A DNA stretch of 64,000 nt from Haliangiales bacterium. GTDB taxonomy: Bacteria; Myxococcota_A; Polyangia; Haliangiales; SHYZ01. Positions 36,770 to 44,188 of this stretch are shown here, piece by piece (the stretch's first letter is position 1; each line of letters opens with the position of its first letter). The translations under genes and the position numbers were made by a program. The notes below the pieces were generated by a model. It ran no database searches and was not told the origin of the DNA. It saw nothing but the letters and a program-made list of their open reading frames with translations. The stretch spans positions 4,882 through 68,881 of the forward strand of contig DATFWE010000042.1 of the NCBI GenBank assembly GCA_035259575.1. Direction: 5' to 3'.

Positions 36770-36810
36770 GTCGTTATACGATATATGATCGTACGACGTA
36801 TGGCTGTCAA
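36770..36810 (-). promoter_or_regulatory. PadR promoter/operator region
   Basis: TTGACA at 36810-36805 (minus); AT-rich inverted repeat TACGAT-N5-ATCGTA at 36777-36793. Confidence 0.5.
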
Positions 36811-36818
36811 GAGGGGCG

Positions 36819-37289
36819 TCAGGAAGCCTTGCGCTCCTGGCGCGCGGCCGCGGCCGGTCCGACGGCGAGGACCGGGCACGGCGCCCGGCGCAGCACCTGC
36901 TCGGCGACCGAGCCGAGGATCGCGCGCTTGATGAAGCCGCGCCCGTGCGTCCCCAGCACGATCACGCCGCACCCCGAGTGGTGCGCGCGGTCGAGGATCC
37001 CTTCGGCCGACATGCCCAGCGCCTGCACCACCTCGACGTGGGGGGCGCCCATCGCCTCGGCGTCCGTCTTCCACTCGTCCAGGCGCTTCCGCGACGCGGC
37101 GACGAGAGCGTCGATCACCTGCCGGCCCGGGAACGGCGCCTCGGGCAGGCTCGCCATCGGCGGCGCGACCGCGTGGTAAAGCTCGAGCGACGCCCCCAGC
37201 TTGACCGCGAGATCCACCGCCACGTCCATCGCGGCGCGCGAGGTATCGGAGAAGTCGACCGGACACAGGATTCGATCCCAGCTCGTCAT
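36819..37289 (-). CDS. Universal stress protein
   Basis: ILCPVDFS..IVLGTHGRG..ILGSVAEQVLRRAPCPVL; GGAGG SD before ATG 37289. Confidence 0.93.
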   Translation of the reverse strand: MTSWDRILCPVDFSDTSRAAMDVAVDLAVKLGASLELYHAVAPPMASLPEAPFPGRQVIDALVAASRKRLDEWKTDAEAMGAPHVEVVQALGMSAEGILDRAHHSGCGVIVLGTHGRGFIKRAILGSVAEQVLRRAPCPVLAVGPAAAARQERKAS

Positions 37290-37314
37290 TCGCATCACCT
37301 CCCAAGGCCGTCAC

Positions 37315-37353
37315 TGCAACGCGCGTACCGCGCCGACTGGCCCGAACCTTGCG
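37315..37353. promoter_or_regulatory. Back-to-back sigma54-like promoters
   Basis: Minus CGGTACGCGCGTTGCA (37330-37315) and plus TGGCCCGAACCTTGCG (37338-37353). Confidence 0.62.
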
Positions 37354-37366
37354 TACGTCGGGATCC

Positions 37367-37783
37367 ATGAACCCCAGCGAAGCGCGTGCGCACATCCTGC
37401 GAGAGCACGACCGGCTGCGCGAGCTGCTCGCGGCCGCCGAGACCGCCGCGGCGCGTCTCCTCGCGGGAGTGGACGATGCGGACCGCTTCCGCGGGATCGT
37501 CGCCGAGCTGCGCACCGCCCTGGCGGAGCACAATGCGCACGAGGAGGCGCTGATCGAGCCGATGCTGGCGGGCGTCGACGCCGTGGCGCCCCTCCGCATC
37601 CGGCGGATGGTCGAGGAGCACGCCGCGGAGCACGCCGCGCTGCGGGCGCACCTCGCCGGCCCGGAGGCGGAGATCGCGCACCGGATGTCGGACCTCGCCG
37701 AGGACCTCCTCGCCCACATGGAAGCGGAAGAGCGCACGTTCCTCCACCCCCGCGTCCTCGGCGACGACACGCCCCGGGGCTGA
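37367..37783 (+). CDS. Hemerythrin-domain protein
   Basis: REHDRL, AEHNAHEE, EEHAAEH and LAHMEAEE iron-ligand pattern. Confidence 0.87.
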   Translation: MNPSEARAHILREHDRLRELLAAAETAAARLLAGVDDADRFRGIVAELRTALAEHNAHEEALIEPMLAGVDAVAPLRIRRMVEEHAAEHAALRAHLAGPEAEIAHRMSDLAEDLLAHMEAEERTFLHPRVLGDDTPRG

Positions 37784-37786
37784 GCG

Positions 37787-37868
37787 CGCAGCGTTTGCGC
37801 CCCGGCGGCCCCACATCGCCGAATATCGCAAGGTCTGCGCCATCCCCGATCTGGGCAGGGGGTCTGCC
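37787..37868 (+). promoter_or_regulatory. Palindrome pair plus weak sigma54-like element
   Basis: CGCAG-CGT-TTGCG (37787), CGCAA-GGT-CTGCG (37827) and GGGCAGGGGGTCTGCC (37853-37868). Confidence 0.55.
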
Positions 37869-37886
37869 TTGGGCGACACTGGGACG

Positions 37887-40139
37887 GTGATCGCCGCCGC
37901 CACGCTCGACGAGCTGGTGCGCCTCCGTGGGGCCGAGACCCCCGCCGCCGATGTGCTGCGCTTCGAGGGCCAAGCCCTCCGCGCCGCGGAGCTCGACGAG
38001 CGCTGCCGGCGCACCGCCCGCGCCCTCGCCGATGCCGGCATCGGGCCGGGCGATCGGGTACTCCTCTACCTGCCCAATGGAATCGACGTCATGGTGGCCT
38101 GGTTGGGGATCGTGCGGCGCGGCGCGATCGTGGTCCCGGCGCATGCGACGCTGCGCGAGCGCGATCTGGGGCACCTGCTCGCCGTCTCCGGGGCGAAGCT
38201 CGCGCTCACCGACGCGGCCGGCGCGCCGGCGATCGCCCGGGCCGGCGCGCCCGGCGACGTGTGGATCGACCTCGGCCCGGCGCGGACGGCCCCCGCCCAC
38301 GGCGGCGAGACGCCCGCCGCGCCCGACGACGTGGTCGCGCTCCAGTACACGTCGGGCACGACCGGCCTGCCCAAGGGCTGCATGCTCACGCACGCCTACT
38401 GGCTCGCGCTCGTCGGGGCGATGGCGGCCTATGCGCCGTTCGGACCGGACGACGTGGCGCTGTCCGCGCAGCCGGCCAGCTACATGGACCCGATGTGGAA
38501 TCTGTTCCTCGGTCTCGCGACGGGCATGCCTCTGGCGCTGCTGCCGCGCTTCTCCGCGACGACGTTCTGGCGCAGCGCCGTCGCCACGCGCGCCACGTTC
38601 TTCTACTGCCTCGGCACGATGCCCCTCGTCCTGGCCAGGCAGCCGATCGACCCCGCGATCGAGCGCGGGCACCGACTGCGGTTCGTCCTGTGCTCGGGGA
38701 TCCCGGCGGCGCGGCACGCGGAGCTGGAGGCGCGCTACGGCTGTCCCTGGCGCGAGGCCTACGGGACGACCGAGCTGGGGGCGGTGCTGCTCTCGCCCCT
38801 CGCCGCCGTCGACGACGTGGGGACCGGGGCCCTCGGCGAGCCGTGCGCGGGCAAGGAGATCCGCGTCGTGCGCGACGACGGCGCCGCGGCCGGGCCCGGC
38901 GACTCCGGCGAGCTGCAGGTGCGCGGCCCGGCCCTCATGCGCGGGTACTTCGACGACGCGGAGGCCACCGCCGCGTGGTGCCCCGACGGCTGGGCGCGCA
39001 CCGGCGATGAGGTTGCCCTCGACGCGCGCGGGCGGCCGCGCCACGTCGGGCGGCGGCGCGACCTCATCCGGCGCGGCGGCCAGAACATCGCCGCGGCCGA
39101 GGTCGAAGCGGTCCTGGCCGAGCATCCGGCGGTGCGGCAGGTCGCCTGCGTCCCCGTCCCCGACGAGATCCGCGGGGAGGAGGTCAAGGCCTACGTGGTG
39201 CCGGCGGCGCCCGGCGCGGTGTCGCCCGAGGCGCTGGTGGAGCACGTGCGCGAGCGGCTGGCGCCGTTCAAGGCGCCGCGGTACGTCGAGATCGTCGCGA
39301 CGCTGCCGATGACGCCGTCGGAGCGCGTGGCCAAGCGCCTCCTCGCGCGCGCGGTCGGCCCGCGGACCTACGACGCGGACGAGCCCGTCGCCATGCGCGA
39401 GCTCACCCGCCTGGTCGCGCGCGCCGATTGGGTCGGCCTCGACGAGATGCTCGAGCTCGAGACCGACGCGGTGCTGGCGTGCCTCGCCGACCCCCAGCTC
39501 GAGCGGCGCGTGCGGGCGCGCGTGGGCGATCGCGCCCCCGACCCCTCGCCCGGCCCCGACGTGCGCGTCGCGCGCGCCGGCCGGCTCGCGACCATCACGC
39601 TGGACCGCCCCCACGTGGCCAACGCCCTGCGCCACGCGAGCCTGCGCGAGCTCCTCGCGATCCTCGACGCGCTGGCCGCCGACGACTCGGTGGACGCGGC
39701 GGTCGTCACCGGCGCCGGCCGCGCCTTCTCCGCCGGGGAGGACCTGCGCGAGCTCGTCGCCGGCCTGCCCGGCTCGGCCGCCGCGGCGCTGCCGCTGGCG
39801 CAGGACCTCACCCGCCGCATCGTGGCGCACCCGAAGCGCATCGTCGCCGCGGTGAATGGGCCCGCGGTGGGGCTGGGCGCCGAGCTCGCCCTCGCCTGCC
39901 ACGCGCTGGTCGCGGCGCGCGGCGCGTTCCTCAGCTTCCCCGAGGCGGAGATCGGGCTCCTGCCCACGAACGGGGCTTTCCACTTCGTGCCGCGACGGGC
40001 CGGCCCGGCGCTGGCGCTCGCGTGGTTCCGCGGCGGTGCCCCCATCCCCGTCGAGGAAGCGGCGGCCGCCGGCCTGGTGGCGCGGGTCGTTCCGCCCCAC
40101 GAGCTCGCCGCGGTCGCGGCCGCCGTGGCGCTCGGCTGA
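37887..40139 (+). CDS. CaiC-like acyl-CoA ligase fused to an enoyl-CoA hydratase/isomerase domain
   Basis: YTSGTTGLPKG, YGTTE, RTGD and RGGQNI (ligase); ITLDRP..NAL, FSAGEDL, AVNGPAVGLGAEL and FPEAEIGL (crotonase). Track start is TTG 37869. Confidence 0.88.
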   Translation: MIAAATLDELVRLRGAETPAADVLRFEGQALRAAELDERCRRTARALADAGIGPGDRVLLYLPNGIDVMVAWLGIVRRGAIVVPAHATLRERDLGHLLAVSGAKLALTDAAGAPAIARAGAPGDVWIDLGPARTAPAHGGETPAAPDDVVALQYTSGTTGLPKGCMLTHAYWLALVGAMAAYAPFGPDDVALSAQPASYMDPMWNLFLGLATGMPLALLPRFSATTFWRSAVATRATFFYCLGTMPLVLARQPIDPAIERGHRLRFVLCSGIPAARHAELEARYGCPWREAYGTTELGAVLLSPLAAVDDVGTGALGEPCAGKEIRVVRDDGAAAGPGDSGELQVRGPALMRGYFDDAEATAAWCPDGWARTGDEVALDARGRPRHVGRRRDLIRRGGQNIAAAEVEAVLAEHPAVRQVACVPVPDEIRGEEVKAYVVPAAPGAVSPEALVEHVRERLAPFKAPRYVEIVATLPMTPSERVAKRLLARAVGPRTYDADEPVAMRELTRLVARADWVGLDEMLELETDAVLACLADPQLERRVRARVGDRAPDPSPGPDVRVARAGRLATITLDRPHVANALRHASLRELLAILDALAADDSVDAAVVTGAGRAFSAGEDLRELVAGLPGSAAAALPLAQDLTRRIVAHPKRIVAAVNGPAVGLGAELALACHALVAARGAFLSFPEAEIGLLPTNGAFHFVPRRAGPALALAWFRGGAPIPVEEAAAAGLVARVVPPHELAAVAAAVALG

Positions 40140-40147
40140 AGATACAG

Positions 40148-40176
40148 TTGTACTTCCAGTATAACGATCGTATCCT
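40148..40176 (+). promoter_or_regulatory. sigma70-type promoter with an overlapping imperfect inverted repeat
   Basis: TTGTAC-N17-TATCCT; inverted repeat GTTGTAC-TTCCA-GTATAAC flanked by GATAC and GTATC. Confidence 0.55.
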
Positions 40177-40183
40177 CACGAGC

Positions 40184-40639
40184 ATGCAATGGGTGACGCG
40201 TCGGCACATCCGGGTGAACCGGACCGCCACAGCCTGGCTCGTCAGGCGCTTCATCGACCCCGGGGCGAGCTTCGTCTTCTGCGGCGCCGAGGAAGTGGCG
40301 GCCGTCGAGGCGCAAGGCGCGATCGGTTTCGACGCGCCCGGCGCGCGCTATCCGCACCGCGACGACCGGGGCCGCTGCTCGTTCGAGGCGCTCGTCGACG
40401 AGCATTGCGCGGGCGACGACGCGCTGCGCCGCATGGCGCGGATCGTCCACGGCGCCGACTTTCGCGACGCCGCCGCCGCGCCGCCGGAGTCGGCCGGACT
40501 GCGCGCGATCTCGCACGGCTTCCCCCTCGTCGCCGCCGGCGACGACGAGACGGTCGAGCGCGCCGGCTTTCTCTACGACGCCCTGTACGCCGCGCTGGCC
40601 GAGGCGTCGCGCCCTACCCCGACCAGAACGAGCACTTGA
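40184..40639 (+). CDS. ChrB C-terminal-domain (chromate resistance family) protein
   Basis: MQWVTRRHIRVNRTATAWLVRRFIDP..FDAPGARYPH..CSFEAL..IVHGAD; frame of track ORF 39428..40639. Confidence 0.85.
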   Translation: MQWVTRRHIRVNRTATAWLVRRFIDPGASFVFCGAEEVAAVEAQGAIGFDAPGARYPHRDDRGRCSFEALVDEHCAGDDALRRMARIVHGADFRDAAAAPPESAGLRAISHGFPLVAAGDDETVERAGFLYDALYAALAEASRPTPTRTST

Positions 40640-43094
40640 CGAGGAACACGTCGGCCGCCGCGCCGCGGAAAGCGGCGCCGACGTCGAGCCGCGCGTTCTC
40701 GCCCGGTGCGAGGTCGACCGCCTGCGACTGGGAACGCGCGTACACGAGGTACAGCGTCGAGCCGAGGCGCCACTCCCAGCGGAGGACGACGTTGGCGTTC
40801 AGGACGGCCTCCTCGCGGTCCGGGTTCGCGGCGGGCGGCGCGGCGGGCGTGAGGTCATCGAGATGGACCACGCGCGAGGTGGACGTGGTGAACGCATCGT
40901 AGTGCACCGAGGCCAGAAACATCTGCGCGTAGGCCTGGAGCGTGAGGCGCGGCGCGAACGTGTACGTCGCCCGGAGCGTCGCGCCGACGCTGGCGGCCTG
41001 CTGGTGGCCGAAGAGCGGGCGGCCGTCCGCCGTGGTCTGCCCGACGTAGCGCGGCTCGCCGGTGGTGTAGGTGGCGGCCGGAAGGACGTCGATGTCGAGC
41101 TGCGGGAGCGCGCGCACGCCGATCGACCCCTCGACCGAGAAGTTCCACCCGTCGAAGAGACGCTGGCTCTGGGTGCTGAGCGAGCCGACCACGCGGGCCC
41201 GCGGGTCGGTGCTGAGGCTGGCCTCGAGCCCGAGCAGGCCCGCGCGCTCGAGGGCCGTCCCGTCGCCGACCTCGCGGTCGTCGAAGTGCGCGGCGCGATA
41301 GTGGAGCTCGACGAAGTACTCCCAGAACCCGCGCAGCTTGCCCGACGTGTTGATCTGGTAGAGCTCGGCGAGCTTGAGCCCGTCGACGTTGCGCCGGTGG
41401 AACGTCTCCAGGCGGTACGAGCTCTCCAGCAGGACGTCGCCGGGCGTGCGGTCCTTGTACTCCCCGACCGCGGCGATGCTGTGCAGGTTCGCGCGCGTGA
41501 GATAGCCCAGGTCGTCGATGTCGAACCGGCGCCCATACCCCTCGTATTGCAGGTCGAACAGCCAGCTGCCGCCCTCCTTGGCGGCGTGGGCCAGCACGCC
41601 GGGCGCGACGTCGCCCGACTCGATGATCGTGCCGTCGACCTGTCGGCGCGGCGGACCGTTGGCGCTGAGCGAGGCGAGCGCCATGCCGTTGACGACGTAG
41701 TCGCCCGACGGCGAGCGCCAGCGCGCGTCCACGGCGGCCACGTAGGCGTCGTGAAAGCAGCGGCTGCCGTGGACGACGACGGTGCCGCTCGCGCACAGCG
41801 TGTTGAGCTGGAGGTCCGCCGGATAGCTGTCGGGGCGCTCGAAGCGCGTGACCGAGGTGGCCATCGCGCCGACGTGCGCGTTGTCGCCGATGTCGCGCTT
41901 CACGCGCACTGCCGCGAACGCCGTGACCGGTTCGAGGGCGCGCGCCGCGCGGCTCCCGTCCGCCGCCTGCACGGTCGCGTCGTTCGCGCCGACGACCGCC
42001 GCCAGCGCGCCGACCGTGACGCGCCCGCCGAGCTGGCCCGAGAGCTTGGCGGCGCCGTAGATCGACGACGGCTCCGGCGCGTCGACCAGCTGCTCCCCGG
42101 CCGCCAGCTCTGGGGCCGCCGGCTGGCGCCCGATGCGGCGCGTATAGAGGATCCGGACCGGCGTCGCGAACGCGTCCAGCCCCTCGAGGAAGAACGGCCG
42201 CTTCTCCGGGAAGAACGTCTCGTAGGTGGTGAGGTTGAGCACCACCTGATCGGCCTCGACCTGCGCGAAGTCGGGCAGGACCGTCGCGTCGAGCGTGAGG
42301 TCGCGCGCGATGTGCCACTTGGCGTCGAGGCCCGCGGCCGCGGAGACATCGGTCCCGGAGGTCAGCGTGTCGGGGGTCGGTTCGCGCCGCCGCAGCTTGG
42401 CCAGCGCGAACGGCCGGATCTCGAACGGGCTGCCGGCGCGCAGGCCCTCGAGCGGCCCGAGCGTCCCGTAGTGCGACACCTCGCCGGCCACGTTCCGCGG
42501 GATGAACGCCCACTCGTCGATCTCCTGGCGCGCGGAGACGTACCGGCGGACCTGGAGGCCCCATGTCTGGCTCGGCGCCTCCGGGAAGCGGAGGATGCGC
42601 AGGGGGATGCGCAACTCCGCGGTCCAGCCCGCGTCCGTGCGCGCCGTCGCCGCCTCCCAGTTTTCGTCCCACTCGAGGCTGAGCTCGGTGTCGTCGTAGC
42701 GGATGCCGTCGACGAGCACGCCCGCGGCGTTGACGCTGAAGTGGAACGCCGACTTGCCGTCGCCGCGCGTGCCGAGGTCGATCTCGACGCGGTCGGCGTC
42801 GACGACCCGATCGCGACGCGTCAGCCGCGCCACGAGCGGCGAGTGTTCTTGCGGGCAGTCGACGGCGACGTAGATGGCGTCGTCGTCGTAGAGCACGCGG
42901 ACGGTCGTGGCCTCGCTGGGCGGCTGCCCCTCGTCGGGGAACTTCTGCACGAACGCGGTCGCCGGGGCGGCGTCCGCCCACGCCGCATCGTCGATGCGGC
43001 CGTCGATCGCCGGCGCGCGCTCCGCCCGCGTCGGGCGCAGCGCGGGCGGGGACCCCTCCACCAGCAGCGCCGCCGTAACGAACAACTGAATCAT
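40614..43094 (-). CDS. CBM9-like domain plus DUF5916 outer-membrane protein
   Basis: PAIDGRIDDAAW..LYDDDAIYVA..GWTAELRIPL; PDFAQVEADQVVLNL..FFPEKRPFFLEG; strand-rich C-terminus. Confidence 0.85.
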   Translation of the reverse strand: MIQLFVTAALLVEGSPPALRPTRAERAPAIDGRIDDAAWADAAPATAFVQKFPDEGQPPSEATTVRVLYDDDAIYVAVDCPQEHSPLVARLTRRDRVVDADRVEIDLGTRGDGKSAFHFSVNAAGVLVDGIRYDDTELSLEWDENWEAATARTDAGWTAELRIPLRILRFPEAPSQTWGLQVRRYVSARQEIDEWAFIPRNVAGEVSHYGTLGPLEGLRAGSPFEIRPFALAKLRRREPTPDTLTSGTDVSAAAGLDAKWHIARDLTLDATVLPDFAQVEADQVVLNLTTYETFFPEKRPFFLEGLDAFATPVRILYTRRIGRQPAAPELAAGEQLVDAPEPSSIYGAAKLSGQLGGRVTVGALAAVVGANDATVQAADGSRAARALEPVTAFAAVRVKRDIGDNAHVGAMATSVTRFERPDSYPADLQLNTLCASGTVVVHGSRCFHDAYVAAVDARWRSPSGDYVVNGMALASLSANGPPRRQVDGTIIESGDVAPGVLAHAAKEGGSWLFDLQYEGYGRRFDIDDLGYLTRANLHSIAAVGEYKDRTPGDVLLESSYRLETFHRRNVDGLKLAELYQINTSGKLRGFWEYFVELHYRAAHFDDREVGDGTALERAGLLGLEASLSTDPRARVVGSLSTQSQRLFDGWNFSVEGSIGVRALPQLDIDVLPAATYTTGEPRYVGQTTADGRPLFGHQQAASVGATLRATYTFAPRLTLQAYAQMFLASVHYDAFTTSTSRVVHLDDLTPAAPPAANPDREEAVLNANVVLRWEWRLGSTLYLVYARSQSQAVDLAPGENARLDVGAAFRGAAADVFLVKCSFWSG

Positions 43095-43123
43095 CCGAGG
43101 GGCCCCAGGATACAAGGTCGGCC

Positions 43124-43152
43124 TTGACAGCGAAACGGGCGAACCCCACGCT
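43124..43152 (+). promoter_or_regulatory. sigma70-type promoter of chrB
   Basis: TTGACA-N17-CACGCT; GTG start lies 7 nt downstream. Confidence 0.5.
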
Positions 43153-43159
43153 CACGTCA

Positions 43160-44140
43160 GTGACCGCGCCGGCGTCGGGTGAAGGACGGTGGCTCCTCCT
43201 CATCCATCAGATCCCGCCCAAGCCCGACTACCTGCGCGTGAAGATCTGGCGGCGCCTCCAGCGCGTCGGCGCCGTCCCCATCAAGAACTCAGTCTACGTC
43301 CTGCCGCAGGGCGACCGCGCGCAGGAGGACTTCCAGTGGATCGTGCGCGAGATCGCCGCGCAGGGCGGCGACGCGTCCGTGTGCGAGGCCCGCTTCGTCG
43401 ACGGTCTGTCCGACGAGCACGTCGAGGCGATGTTCCACGCCGCGCGCGACGCCGAGTACGGCGAGATCGCCGAGGGCGCGCGCCGCCTCGTCGACGGGCT
43501 GCGCAAGGCCGACGCCGCGCGCAAGTCGGAGATCGCCGCCGAGCTCGAGCGCCTCCGGCGGCGCCTCGCCGAGGTGGTGGACATCGACTTCCTCGGCGCC
43601 CCCGGCCGGGAGGCCGCCGAGTCGGCCCTGACTGCCCTGCACGATCGCCTCCGCCCCGCCGAAGCCAAGGGCGAGGACGAGCCCGAGCGGCGATTCCGCC
43701 GCGAGGACTACCGGGGCCGGACGTGGGTGACGCGCAAGGGCATCCACGTCGATCGCATGGCGAGCGCGTGGTTGATCCGCCGGTTCATCGACGAGCGCGC
43801 CGCGTTCAAGTACGTCCCCGCCAAGGGGTACCGGCCCGAGCGCGGCGAGGTACGCTTCGACATGTTCGAGGCGGAGTTCACGCACGAGGGGGACGCCTGC
43901 ACCTTCGAGGTGCTGATCGACCGCTTCGCCCTCCGCAAGGATCCCGGGCTCGCGCACATCGCCGAGATCGTGCACGAGCTCGACGTGCGGGACGGCAGGT
44001 TCGAGCGCGAGGACGCCGCCGGCATCGGGGAGATGGTCACCGGCATCTGTCTCGCCCAGCGCGAGGACGGCGAGCGGCTGGCGCTGGCGTCCCGCCTGCT
44101 CGACGCGCTCTACGAGAGCCTGCGGCGGCGCAAGCGCTGA
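43160..44140 (+). CDS. chrB: Full-length ChrB-family protein (N- and C-domains)
   Basis: WLLLIHQIPPKPDYLRVKIWRRLQRVGAV..NSVYVLP and WVTRKGIHVDRMASAWLIRRFID..FTHEGDACTFEVL. Confidence 0.85.
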   Translation: MTAPASGEGRWLLLIHQIPPKPDYLRVKIWRRLQRVGAVPIKNSVYVLPQGDRAQEDFQWIVREIAAQGGDASVCEARFVDGLSDEHVEAMFHAARDAEYGEIAEGARRLVDGLRKADAARKSEIAAELERLRRRLAEVVDIDFLGAPGREAAESALTALHDRLRPAEAKGEDEPERRFRREDYRGRTWVTRKGIHVDRMASAWLIRRFIDERAAFKYVPAKGYRPERGEVRFDMFEAEFTHEGDACTFEVLIDRFALRKDPGLAHIAEIVHELDVRDGRFEREDAAGIGEMVTGICLAQREDGERLALASRLLDALYESLRRRKR

Positions 44141-44188
44141 CCGGTGCACCGCCGGTCCAGCGCGCGGCCTATCGAGCGGGGCGAGGGA

